A stretch of 64,000 nt of DNA, from positions 131,572 to 195,571 of IMG/VR virus record IMGVR_UViG_3300002515_000003; one strand, given 5' to 3'. This DNA is from a virus. Lineage: Duplodnaviria; Caudoviricetes. The notes beneath the pieces are model-generated. The model did not search any database. It saw nothing but the letters and a program-made list of their open reading frames with translations, and was not told the DNA's origin. Of this stretch, positions 11,201 through 21,642 are shown in pieces (within the stretch, counting starts at the first letter, position 1; every line of letters starts with the position of its first letter). The position numbers and the translations under genes are program-made.

Positions 11201-12415
11201 TTACAAATCTTTCAACCAATCATCGTCTTCTTCATTTTCTGTACTACTTTTATATTCTTCTTTTACAAAGAAATCTAAGCTATCCAAATACTCTTTGTAT
11301 GGTTTATGCACTTTAGCCGAGTACCCACAGAGGTTCGAAAAGAAAAATTGATTAGTACCATCTATTTCAGTCCAAAATAGTTCTTCAGCTAAATCTATGT
11401 ATTCGTTTTGTATTTTTTTATCATTTGTTTCTTTAACCATAAGCATTAATTGATTATATTGATGGGTTTTTACATTTATTTCATCAAGTGTATTTTTTAC
11501 ATTAGATTTTAAATCATCTACAACTTCTTGAGTTAAAGGTATTTCTACATAACAATCAGATACATTATATTTTTCTGATATATCTTTAGGAATATTATCT
11601 AAGTTATTATTTTCTATAGCAGTTTGAACCATATCTTCTATTTCTAATTCATCATACCCACTTTCTTTTAACCACATTTTTAAATTATTTTCTAGTTTAC
11701 AAACATATTCAGTTCTTAATCCTTTAGTTGTTTTAGTTTTATGCATTCCTGTTTCTTTATCAATTCCTTTTAATTGATATTCTATTAAACAGTATTTAAG
11801 AAACGACCACCTGATTATGATTTTATCAATAGGAATTCCTTTTTGTATTAGTGATTCTGCATATAATATTAACTGAGCAGATTCTTTTTGAATCTTTTTA
11901 CCAACATACATAGTCGAACTCTTCCAATCTGTAATTATAAAATTTCCTTTATCATCCTTATGTACACAGTCAATATAGCCCTGAAAGATATATTGACCTA
12001 CTTTTATCGTCACAAATTGTTCTGTAATTACTTTAAAAGGTATAACATTATGTTGCTGAAAGAATAGTCTCATGTTTGCTTCATATTTGTCTCCAAGCTT
12101 TCTATTTGCCTCTTCATCTTTTCTATTGTATTTGAGTTCTGCTACATTCATCTCAAATAACTTATTCTCATATTGTGGCAACATTTCATCATAAGTTATT
12201 TCATTAGTGTATAGCTTTTCAATAATATCATGTATGCCATTTCCTGAAACTCCCCAAATTGACGTTTTAGTTTCTTTTTCATGTTTTAGATATTTTAGCA
12301 TCCAACCAAACGGGTCTGTTTTATATGAATTGTATTTTGAAAAACTCCATAATTGGTCTACGTTATATTTCTTTTTAATTTTTTCTAATACTTGTTTAGA
12401 TTTTCTTTCTCCCAT
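11201..12415 (-). CDS. PD-(D/E)XK (RecB/Cas4-like) nuclease
   Basis: WSFSK, GNGIHDIIE, GYIDCV, ITDWKS, QLILYA. Confidence 0.8.
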   Translation of the reverse strand: MGERKSKQVLEKIKKKYNVDQLWSFSKYNSYKTDPFGWMLKYLKHEKETKTSIWGVSGNGIHDIIEKLYTNEITYDEMLPQYENKLFEMNVAELKYNRKDEEANRKLGDKYEANMRLFFQQHNVIPFKVITEQFVTIKVGQYIFQGYIDCVHKDDKGNFIITDWKSSTMYVGKKIQKESAQLILYAESLIQKGIPIDKIIIRWSFLKYCLIEYQLKGIDKETGMHKTKTTKGLRTEYVCKLENNLKMWLKESGYDELEIEDMVQTAIENNNLDNIPKDISEKYNVSDCYVEIPLTQEVVDDLKSNVKNTLDEINVKTHQYNQLMLMVKETNDKKIQNEYIDLAEELFWTEIDGTNQFFFSNLCGYSAKVHKPYKEYLDSLDFFVKEEYKSSTENEEDDDWLKDL

Positions 12416-12438
12416 ATTTCTAACTCCTTTTTATATTA

Positions 12439-13458
12439 TTATATGTATATTACTCTATTTAATAATACTTTGAATATTCTAATTCCCTTATCAATGCAAC
12501 TATCTTTCTCTCCGAGTAATCCATACTCATCGTATATATAACCTGTTTTTCTAAATATCTTAACTTTATTGCACATATCAATAGATAATTCTTCTTCCAT
12601 ATCTTTGTCCATTGCAAATATTAAAGTAACATCTAAACTAATAAGTATTTTTATCTGTTCGTCAGAAAGGATATGACCTCCTAAAGCAACAGTGTTTTTA
12701 ATACCCAGTGAGTGACATTTTAAAGTGCTTTTCTCCGCTTCAAAAATTATAACATAACCTGCTTCTTGTATATGTTTATAGTTTTCTTGTAATCCATATA
12801 TATTCATAGATTTTGGAAACGATACTAATGGAAAATATTTGGGAATTCCTAATTCTTTATAGTTTTCATCTATTGTTCTTCCTATTATTCCTGTATATTG
12901 ATTATTGTTATTACTTGCCCAGTAACGCCAAGGCAAACAAACTCTATTTCTTAATCTACTATAACCTATACCAAATTCTTTCTGTGTATAAGGCATTATG
13001 CCCTCTCTAATCCAATCTATATAAGGAATACATATAAACTCTCTACATATATCTTCATTATATATTTGTAAATCTTCATTGGTAAAATCTATATGTTTTC
13101 TTTTAGCTTTTTTAAATATTTCTAATATATCTTTTTTGCTTTCAACTTTTGTGGTTATAGTGTTTGTATACTCTAAGCCTAAGATTTTATGTATCACTCT
13201 AAGAGCTTGTGGAAATATTAGACTTTTTATGTCCATAGTTAAAGTGTATATGTCGCCACTCATTTCATTACTTTTAGAATATACAATAGTTTTTAGTGTA
13301 TTCTTCTTTATACAAACTGCATTACAATCATCTCCATCAGGCAAAGCACACCTGTATTCTTTCTTATGTGGCTTTATATTAGTACATCCTAACCATTCTA
13401 ATATAAGTACTATTTTCTCATTCTCTATTATATATTGTTTAAGGTCATAGGGTTTCAA
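12439..13458 (-). CDS. DNA primase (SPbeta YorJ-like)
   Basis: Toprim motifs IFEAEKS and AMDKD; adjacent to the helicase. Confidence 0.85.
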   Translation of the reverse strand: MKPYDLKQYIIENEKIVLILEWLGCTNIKPHKKEYRCALPDGDDCNAVCIKKNTLKTIVYSKSNEMSGDIYTLTMDIKSLIFPQALRVIHKILGLEYTNTITTKVESKKDILEIFKKAKRKHIDFTNEDLQIYNEDICREFICIPYIDWIREGIMPYTQKEFGIGYSRLRNRVCLPWRYWASNNNNQYTGIIGRTIDENYKELGIPKYFPLVSFPKSMNIYGLQENYKHIQEAGYVIIFEAEKSTLKCHSLGIKNTVALGGHILSDEQIKILISLDVTLIFAMDKDMEEELSIDMCNKVKIFRKTGYIYDEYGLLGEKDSCIDKGIRIFKVLLNRVIYI

Positions 13459-13560
13459 AACTCTCCCTCCTAATACATATCGTATTTATTTTGTATTCTT
13501 TTATTGTATCACAACTTTATTATTATGTATATGATTAACAATTAATTTTATATTATTATT

Positions 13561-15072
13561 TTACCAATCTGGATTAACAACGCATAATCCTACTTCAGAG
13601 TATATATTTCTCGAAAGGTCTACTTCCGTTACTATACAAAACTCATTAGAACGACCAAATCTATTTTTAACTAAAAATATCAATTGATAATGTTTGTCTA
13701 AATCCAATACAACTGGAAGTTTAGTTTTTTTGTTTTTACCACCTAATTTATATACTTTTAATTCATGCTTTTCACCTTCATATTCATCTGGTAGAACCCA
13801 TCTTGTCATATAGCAACCACTTGCCACGTCTGCTACGTTCTTAGCTCCTGATATAGATTCCATTGTTAAGCATCTTTGCTTAACCGATTGCTTTGTCAAT
13901 TGCATTGTACATAATAAACATACATTTCTTGCACTTGGCTTAATTAAATCATATAGCTTAACAGAATTCATTTGTAGTTCCAACCAATTATTATCACCTG
14001 CTTTTGATGTAGCATCGTATTTGAAGGTATCAATAATATAGTATACTACTCCCATTGATGAGTATTTTTTTATTATTTTCATAGCTTTATCTGTCGTATA
14101 ACTTTCTAAAGGTACAATATAAATTTGTTTATTATGCTCTTTTAACCATACAGCAGATTTTTTTAATTTATCCATATCTTCTTTACTAAAGTTTCCATTA
14201 TTAATCTTATATTTCTGAAAATCCATCTTATAAATGTTATTGGCTACCCATACTAATAATTCGGCTTTAGTTTTTTTATGGTCTTCTTCATTTATCATTA
14301 TACATATTTTTTCACCTTTTTCTAATATACTAGGCAGAATTAAACTCCTACAAAATGAACTTTTACCTGTTCCACTACTTCCTAATAACAAATAAAAGTT
14401 ACCCCTATTTAAGCCATTTACTTCTGCATTAAAGATAGGCATATCATAATAAGGTAAACCAATTGAACTTCCCTCATTAAGTTCTTGTATAAGGTCTTCT
14501 AACCCCTCTGATACATCGTAACTCTTATCTTCGCCTTCTGCATTTATAAATATATGATTAAACACGGCGTCATACTCGTCATATATGTCAGATGTTTTCA
14601 TGTCAACAAAATCTTTTAATCTGTGTGCTATTGGAAATTTTGCTTTAGCTAAACTTATAACCGTATTCCACTTCGTTAGTTCTTGTATATATCCATCAAT
14701 ATTTTCAACTTTTACATAAGTTTTAGCTAATTCTATGATTTCATATCCACCGTATTCTATATATTTTTCTCTTAGTTTTGGATGTTTTTCTAAGTATAAA
14801 TTTATAGTAATTTCATCTAACACAGTTTTATTTTCTTTTACCATTAATGCGTTCCCAATAGCAAAATATACTTTCCATTCATTATGTAAAAAAGAAGATA
14901 CGGTAAGTTTATCATAGTCATAAAATAAATCTGGTTGCTTAAATAATATAGATACGATATTACTTTCACATATCTTTTTATATTCTCTTATTTGCTTTAA
15001 AGCCTTTATTTCTGCTTCGCTAAAATCAGGTTTATCTTTTTTTATTGCCATAATGCATCTCCTTTTTACCAC
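13561..15072 (-). CDS. DnaB-like replicative helicase (YorI-like); likely start about 15051
   Basis: Walker A GSSGTGKS, IIDTFK, TMQL, KNRFG. Confidence 0.88.
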   Translation of the reverse strand: MVKRRCIMAIKKDKPDFSEAEIKALKQIREYKKICESNIVSILFKQPDLFYDYDKLTVSSFLHNEWKVYFAIGNALMVKENKTVLDEITINLYLEKHPKLREKYIEYGGYEIIELAKTYVKVENIDGYIQELTKWNTVISLAKAKFPIAHRLKDFVDMKTSDIYDEYDAVFNHIFINAEGEDKSYDVSEGLEDLIQELNEGSSIGLPYYDMPIFNAEVNGLNRGNFYLLLGSSGTGKSSFCRSLILPSILEKGEKICIMINEEDHKKTKAELLVWVANNIYKMDFQKYKINNGNFSKEDMDKLKKSAVWLKEHNKQIYIVPLESYTTDKAMKIIKKYSSMGVVYYIIDTFKYDATSKAGDNNWLELQMNSVKLYDLIKPSARNVCLLCTMQLTKQSVKQRCLTMESISGAKNVADVASGCYMTRWVLPDEYEGEKHELKVYKLGGKNKKTKLPVVLDLDKHYQLIFLVKNRFGRSNEFCIVTEVDLSRNIYSEVGLCVVNPDW

Positions 15073-15527
15073 AATCCATTTAATCTGTCATTTTTAATTT
15101 CTTTAGTCTTTTTTTTATAAATCGCCTTGCCATCGTCAACATTAACTTCAACTTTTGAACCTTGTATTTTAGCCTTTTCAACTCTATTCATTTTATCAAC
15201 TACATCATTAATTTTATTTTCAATTATTACCATCATATAGTTAAATTTATGTCCTTCATTCTGAAAAACTCTTTCATTATTTTTAAATCCATTAATTATC
15301 TCGAATTTATATAATTTAAAAGTGGTTGATATTTGTTTATAAGTATAATGTGCTAAAGGTTTTGTACGTTTATTTGCCATGAATTTTCCTTGTGAAAGAC
15401 CTTTGAGCCGAAGAACTAAATTTTTAGGCAAGTTTTTATCAGTATATCCCAATACACTTCTTTTTACATACTCATATAATTCATTCCATTCTTCAATTTC
15501 TTGTTTTGTCATACTTTCGCTTTCCAT
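15066..15527 (-). CDS. conserved replication-module protein (YorH-like)
   Basis: Sits between the AAA ATPase and the helicase as in SPbeta; WNELYEYVK...LVLRLKGL. Confidence 0.55.
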   Translation of the reverse strand: MESESMTKQEIEEWNELYEYVKRSVLGYTDKNLPKNLVLRLKGLSQGKFMANKRTKPLAHYTYKQISTTFKLYKFEIINGFKNNERVFQNEGHKFNYMMVIIENKINDVVDKMNRVEKAKIQGSKVEVNVDDGKAIYKKKTKEIKNDRLNGLW

Positions 15528-15601
15528 ATATTTATCACCTCTTAAAATTAAAAATATAAGGACAGAATTAATCCATCCTTATTAAGTTGTATATTATTAT
15601 T

Positions 15602-16567
15602 TTATTTTAATGTTTTAAGAAAACTAATTAATTGTTTTAAAACATCAACATCAGTTGTATCTAATTGCTTTACATCTATGTTTAATTCACTTAATTTATC
15701 TTTAACAGTATTAGTTTTATCCTTATCGGCTCTATTTTCTTTTAAGAATGATATAATTTCTAAGCCTAATTCATGTGATAATTCTGCATTGTTTAAAACA
15801 CCTTTTACTGAATCTTTTAAGTTTTTAGAATAATTAGCATCCATAGTTTTACCTGATTTTCTTTCTTCAAAAACGGGTTTCCATATATCAAAAGTGCAAT
15901 TTTCTATTATCGCTCCTACTTTTGTAGCGTGAGTTCTATCTTTTACTACTTCTGCAAAATATTTTATGTCCTTAGTTTTTTTATCCATTTCTGTGTAAAA
16001 TCTAAGAATAACATCATAATCAAAAGGTAGTTGTTTATGAACATCTGGCTTATATCCTATAACTACATTTTTATCGTCTGTTAAATCTAAACCCTGAGCA
16101 GTTGATACTATATGTATACCTTTAGCCGATGCAGTTATTTTTGCTTGTTGTAGCTTCATACTTATATTTTTTATTCTTGACCACTTGGCTCTTGCATCTA
16201 CCGCTTTACCATTAGTTCTTGCTTTTTTCTCTTCTACTTCAGTAGCACTAATGTCCATTGTGTTATAAAACTTAGTTTCACTATCTATCATCAAGGTTTC
16301 TACGCCTTCAACGTCTCCTTCTATAATAGCATCTAAAGATTCTTCTAATTCGTCTAAGTCTGATGTGTTATTTACTAAAAGTAGATTGTTATAAGTTTTA
16401 CCACCTATAACAATATCTTTGCCTTCATCAAATGCTAATCCTGCCTCAGAATCTATGCAGGCTATGGAGGGACATGAAAGTCCAAACCAGCTCTTACCTT
16501 CATGTGTTTTACCAAATACTAAAAATTTACCACCTATTCTTGTTGTTTGTGCTTTTCTAAATCCCAT
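15602..16567 (-). CDS. AAA_24/Sak4-like ATPase (YorG-like)
   Basis: GKTHEGKS, IDSEAG, IDSETK, VVKDRT. Confidence 0.8.
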   Translation of the reverse strand: MGFRKAQTTRIGGKFLVFGKTHEGKSWFGLSCPSIACIDSEAGLAFDEGKDIVIGGKTYNNLLLVNNTSDLDELEESLDAIIEGDVEGVETLMIDSETKFYNTMDISATEVEEKKARTNGKAVDARAKWSRIKNISMKLQQAKITASAKGIHIVSTAQGLDLTDDKNVVIGYKPDVHKQLPFDYDVILRFYTEMDKKTKDIKYFAEVVKDRTHATKVGAIIENCTFDIWKPVFEERKSGKTMDANYSKNLKDSVKGVLNNAELSHELGLEIISFLKENRADKDKTNTVKDKLSELNIDVKQLDTTDVDVLKQLISFLKTLK

Positions 16568-16667
16568 TAATAATTCCTCCTCTAAATATATTTATGATTT
16601 AACTTTATATTTTTTTATATTATTATATTAATAAGGGGAATTGCACCCCTATTTATGTATTTTTATA

Positions 16668-17954
16668 TTATAAATCTGATAACCAATCTTCGTCCTCATC
16701 ATCATCTTTACTGTCATCTTTTAATGCTTCGTCTAAATCCTTATCCTCTTTATCACTTGTTTGTTCGTCCTTCTTTTCCTCTTTATCCTCAACAATAACC
16801 TCTTCTTTATTGTCTTGTTTAACAGGTACTAATGCACCAATTATCATAAGTGGATTAACATCATCTTCCTCATAAGCATCTATAACTTTATCTATAGAAG
16901 GCATTTTTACATCCTCACCAATATATTTAATATGAGGCTTACTTATTACCATTGTTTCAGGTTTCTTACCACCATTTTTTAATGCAATTTGACCTAAAAT
17001 TTCATCTTTATCTATGTAACCTAAATCTATTAATTCTTTAATGTCATCTGGAATATCATCTTCTGTAACTGAAACAGTGTTTAAATCACCTTTTGTAAAA
17101 TAGCCATCTACAGTTAATTGAGTTAATTTCTTACCTTTTACTTTAAATACTCTTAACATTTTTTTAACTTGCTCCATATCTTCGCCCATTTTGAAATCAA
17201 GTGTTTTTACTATTGGTAAATTAGTTCCTTGTTTAGTTTTACCTTTAACAAGATGTCTTATAACTTTGCCATCAAATTCTTTCATATAATCTACTACTAA
17301 TCCTGTAATTGGTACTGTCATAGTTTCTTTGTCTGGTTTTCCTATAGAGTCTGAGTCTAATATAATAGATTGTGTAAAGGATGCTCTGAAATCTTTGTAC
17401 TCAGCCTTTGATAATACTAATGATGTAATTTCTTTCTTAACTTGTATTGCATCATTGTATCTTGAATACTTTAAATCGCCTTTGACATTAACCACAGTAC
17501 CATCTTGTAAGTTTTCTTCAGCATATTTAATACCATCATAAGCTGATAAGAATTTCTTATATTCAACTTTATCATTTTCTTTAGTTAATCCTACTGTAAA
17601 GAAGTTTCTATCTCCACAAGAAGCTACTATCTCTTCGTCAAATCTATCTTCCCAATCAATAGTGAAAAAGTTTTTAAAATCATCTACATCAAACCCTGCT
17701 TCATTTTTCTTCTTACCATGTACCATAATTTTATTTTGTCTTTCTGTGCCATAACCAGACATTACATCAGCATAAATCATTCCATTGTCTCCGCAATCTA
17801 CTGCTAAGTTCATGTGATTATATACCCAATCAGAATCCTCTTTTTTACTTTCCATATCTATTTTAAATGTAAAGTCTGAAACTTTAGCTTTTCCTACTAA
17901 ATTAAATGATGCAGTACCTTTTTTTAATTGTGTTAAAACTACTTCCTTAGCCAT
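16668..17954 (-). CDS. putative ssDNA-binding protein
   Basis: Acidic C-terminal tail DDDEDEDWLSDL; position at the head of the replication operon. Confidence 0.5.
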   Translation of the reverse strand: MAKEVVLTQLKKGTASFNLVGKAKVSDFTFKIDMESKKEDSDWVYNHMNLAVDCGDNGMIYADVMSGYGTERQNKIMVHGKKKNEAGFDVDDFKNFFTIDWEDRFDEEIVASCGDRNFFTVGLTKENDKVEYKKFLSAYDGIKYAEENLQDGTVVNVKGDLKYSRYNDAIQVKKEITSLVLSKAEYKDFRASFTQSIILDSDSIGKPDKETMTVPITGLVVDYMKEFDGKVIRHLVKGKTKQGTNLPIVKTLDFKMGEDMEQVKKMLRVFKVKGKKLTQLTVDGYFTKGDLNTVSVTEDDIPDDIKELIDLGYIDKDEILGQIALKNGGKKPETMVISKPHIKYIGEDVKMPSIDKVIDAYEEDDVNPLMIIGALVPVKQDNKEEVIVEDKEEKKDEQTSDKEDKDLDEALKDDSKDDDEDEDWLSDL

Positions 17955-18065
17955 ATGTATATACTCCTTCTGCGTTAGTCGCCACTAAATTATTGTATTA
18001 TTGATTTTATATTATATTGGTTTTAATGGATTTCTGAATCAAATAGATTTTCTATTGTCTTTACA

Positions 18066-18266
18066 TTAATTGCCATATACTGATGCAATTCCTGCTATAA
18101 TCAATATAATACCCATTAATCCTAGTGGAATCCATAATGGACATAATACCCATAACCAACTCCATGCAATATAATGTGTTAATTTTAATCCTACAAATAA
18201 GATTGTTAATAATCCACCAAATCCTATTCCACCTGTCGATGTGCTATTGTTTGAACTACTACTCAT
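18066..18266 (-). CDS. small phage membrane protein
   Basis: AGGAG RBS before ATG at 18266; GGIGFGGLLTILFVGLKL...WSWLWVLCPLWIP. Confidence 0.7.
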   Translation of the reverse strand: MSSSSNNSTSTGGIGFGGLLTILFVGLKLTHYIAWSWLWVLCPLWIPLGLMGIILIIAGIASVYGN

Positions 18267-18468
18267 AATAATTCTCCTTTTATATGTATTGTTCTTTTGT
18301 ATTATTATAGTTTTAATACTTCTAAATATTAGGTGCTCGACTTCTCTTAATCGGCTTCCAATTATATCTTGAATTTGACATTCTCTCAGCTCCTTATTTT
18401 CTAATCGCATATCACCTCTCTGAGTGACCAATTAATGCAATTTTTAATTCTTATTTCCTTACTCTTTT

Positions 18469-18518
18469 ATTCTACCATACATTTCCTTGACTTGTCAATA
18501 CTTATTTTATATTATTAT
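18469..18518 (-). promoter_or_regulatory. sigma-A promoter with ATAATAATATAAAA motif
   Basis: Motif at 18505-18518; TTGACA 18498-18493; TAGAAT 18474-18469. Confidence 0.65.
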
Positions 18519-18637
18519 CAACTTATTTTATTCGTAATTTACATTTTACCTCTCTGAGTAACCATTAATGTAATCTACTTCTTTATTGTATCATAGCATT
18601 ATTTCTAATACAACCATTATTTTATATTTTTATAAGT

Positions 18638-20103
18638 TTATTTTAAACTACCCATTATACTATTGACTCTATCTGTATCTCTAATAAGTCTTTCAGCATT
18701 CTTCTTATAGAAATCACTTCTAGCTCTTAACTCAGCAATTCCAACCCCAACCATATAATCAAATGTATCTTCTTCACAACACCTTGATATTCCTTTTCCT
18801 ACAATATAGTCGTTGCTAAATGTACATATAACTTTATTTCCTTTTCTTCTGTATGTAATATCATAATTCATTTCTTTGCTGTTATCTAAATTCAATTGTA
18901 TTTTATCCTTGCTTATGTATTGTTCACCTGTTATCACTTCAGTTCTTTTTACTTTATAAGTAGCAATTTTTTCATCAATTTGATTAATTTTATCAATATC
19001 TTCTTGTTTGATTTGTGCTTCTATCTCTTTAGTTTGTAATTGTAACTCCTCTAATTGTTCTTTTAAACTTAATGGTTTCATAATAGTAGCTCCTTCGGTT
19101 TTATATTTATTTTCTTCTTTATCAAAAACTACTTTTATAAAATTTATAATCTCTTTGTTCTTTAATTCCTTATATGATTTTATTTTTCTAACCTCGAAAT
19201 GTTCAATATCATATTGAGTTGTTCCCCATATACCCATAATATTACCGTTTTTAGTACATACTATAGATATAGAATCATTAATATATTCAATTGTATCACC
19301 TGTGTATAATGGTTTCCCATCTATATCAAATAAAGGGGTTAACATACCTATGTAATCATATTCCTCATTTTTGTCTATTAATTTAGCTTTAATTTCATTT
19401 TTCATATCAATATTGTCTCCTTTTTATGTACTGTTAATTTATTTTATCTAAATACCTTCTTGTATTTTTGATAATTTTATTTAGCTCATCTCTTTCTGAA
19501 TAAGTTATTCCTGCATTTGTTCTAATATTTTTTAAACAATCTAGTAGATTTTCTAGATATGTATTTGTTACTGTAATTTTATTCAAAGATTCTCTCTCCT
19601 TTTGCTTTTGAATTATCAATTAACAATTATAAAAAAATCTTTATTTCTACAATATACACCTTCGCCAGTATTAACCTCATAAACAGTATCATATTCAAAT
19701 ATAACATCATAAATATCACCTTCAATAAGATTAAAACCAGTAAATAAAGCCTTAACTTTCATATTCAACACTCTCCTTTATATCATTTTAATAACTGAAT
19801 AGAAGTTCAATTTGATTCAGTTTATTTTATTTAATCTTCCTCTTTTTCAAACTCATCTACAATGTCAAACACTCTCCCACATATAGGACATTTGCAATCA
19901 TAAATTGATACATAATTTTCATTTGTTTCATATTCTTCTTTAGGTTCAAATACTTTAAATATATTACGTGTTTTACAATAAGGACATGCCTCAGATGTTG
20001 TCATACTCCCACCAAAATAATTATTTGGAGTAGGATTATTTATTGAGTATATAGTATGAATCTTTTGATAAAACTCTTCTTTAATCGGTGTTATAGTAAT
20101 CAT
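18638..20103 (-). CDS. hypothetical proteins (18638-19405, 19434-19619, 19831-20103 with Zn ribbon)
   Basis: Co-oriented ORFs; CPYC/CPIC in the last. Confidence 0.55.
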
Positions 20104-20142
20104 TATTTATCTCTCCTTTATGTAATTATTTCTTATTCTTTT

Positions 20143-20189
20143 ATTATAGTTTATTTACTTTTGATTGTCAACACATTTTATATTATTAT
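20143..20189 (-). promoter_or_regulatory. sigma-A promoter with ATAATAATATAAAA motif
   Basis: TTGACA 20171-20166, 17 bp spacer, TATAAT 20148-20143; motif at 20176-20189. Confidence 0.75.
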
Positions 20190-20204
20190 ATTGTTATATT
20201 GTTA

Positions 20205-20789
20205 TTATTTAAGTTTAATTTTTAAGCAAACTTTATTCTGTCTTTCTTCCTCTGTGGTCATTGGTATCTCTTCTTTTATTCTACTTTCCATAGCATTCTT
20301 AAATATACTACATCCACCTTTTAATCCTATCTTATTACCCTTCTTACATTTGTTACAATATGTATTTATAAAACTATCATAGTCTTCTTTATCGTTGAAT
20401 ATTCCCATGCTAGGAGATACAGACAATATAATCTCTAGTCGAGGGTTAAGACTATCTATAAAAACTCTTTGAGTTCTAGCCCAACAATAAGTGTCATCTG
20501 TCCACACTATGTTAGATTCGGTCAAACAATCTTGTGTTAATTTTTTTAGATTATCGCTATCTCTGCCGACTTTATTCATATATACAACTTCATCTAGATA
20601 TAGAAACTGATTCTCTACTTTTGTCCATTGTTGCTCTTCTACTGCAATTTGAATAACTTTTATCATTTTCTTTTTATAATCCTTACCTTCTTTTTTAAGA
20701 TATGTACTACCAAACTTATTCCTTCCATAGATAAAATTAATAGACTTGGGTAAATCTAATGTTAATTTAAGTGTCTTATTCATTGCCAT
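20205..20789 (-). CDS. rusA: RusA-family Holliday junction resolvase
   Basis: LPKSIN, RDSDNLKKLTQDCL, WTDD, NPRLEI. Confidence 0.85.
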   Translation of the reverse strand: MAMNKTLKLTLDLPKSINFIYGRNKFGSTYLKKEGKDYKKKMIKVIQIAVEEQQWTKVENQFLYLDEVVYMNKVGRDSDNLKKLTQDCLTESNIVWTDDTYCWARTQRVFIDSLNPRLEIILSVSPSMGIFNDKEDYDSFINTYCNKCKKGNKIGLKGGCSIFKNAMESRIKEEIPMTTEEERQNKVCLKIKLK

Positions 20790-21565
20790 CTACTTCCTGC
20801 ATTATTCCCAATTGGTTTACTCAATTGGTTTATATCAAATCCATACTTATAGTATCTACCCATAAAAGTCTTATATTTTATATTAAAGTATCTTGACCAT
20901 TCAGCTAAACTTAAAGTTTTATTATCATATGTAAACATTACGAATGATTTGTTTTCTTTACCAAATAGAAACACTAAATCTATTTCTTCATTATTGTTTT
21001 GCATTTTTATGTATCTTCCATAAACAGTATGATAATTTATTTTCTTGTTTTCACACCATTCTTTTAAAGTTTTTGTTTCTGTTCCAATTGTTATATTTAT
21101 ATTTGTGGTTCTATTATTGCCTTGTACTTTCATAGTTACCCATCTACAGTTGTTTGGCTCATAATTACCTTCTACATTCATCCTATCAATAGTTAATACG
21201 TCAGTATATCCATTGTTTATTGACCAATTATAGAAACTTGTAAAACTATGTAACCATTCATCACAGATTTTAATACCCTTGTCTCCATAGTATTTATATT
21301 CTTCTTTGTTTTTATTATAGCAACGAGTTTTCATATTTACCCATGTTTCATATAATCTACTTCCCGTCATTCCATGTTTCTCTCCACTTAGGCAACCACA
21401 CGATTTTATAATACTATGCTTTAAGCAATAACTTCGCACAATTGTAGTATTACCACAGTCACACAAACATTCCCATTGAGTTCTACCATCACTAGTATTA
21501 GCTACTCTTTTAATAGCTGTTAATAAATTAAATTTTCGATTTGTAAAATCTTCAATCTTACTCGT
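20780..21565 (-). CDS. HNH-type homing-endonuclease-like protein
   Basis: CDCG...SCGC, WVNMKTRC, GIKICDEW, TIDRMNVEGNYEPNNCRW. The frame stays open upstream to an ACG at 21565 placed behind an AGGGAG RBS. Confidence 0.75.
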   Translation of the reverse strand, partial: TSKIEDFTNRKFNLLTAIKRVANTSDGRTQWECLCDCGNTTIVRSYCLKHSIIKSCGCLSGEKHGMTGSRLYETWVNMKTRCYNKNKEEYKYYGDKGIKICDEWLHSFTSFYNWSINNGYTDVLTIDRMNVEGNYEPNNCRWVTMKVQGNNRTTNINITIGTETKTLKEWCENKKINYHTVYGRYIKMQNNNEEIDLVFLFGKENKSFVMFTYDNKTLSLAEWSRYFNIKYKTFMGRYYKYGFDINQLSKPIGNNAGSRWQ

Positions 21566-21642
21566 ATCTTTCAGCTCCCTTTTATTGTATCATACATCTA
21601 ATTTAATTACAACACTTTATATTATTATATTTTTAATTAATT

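Noticed and set aside
18267-18431. N-terminal extension of ORF 18066-18431
   Set aside because: A strong RBS precedes ATG 18266 and the recognisable family sequence starts there
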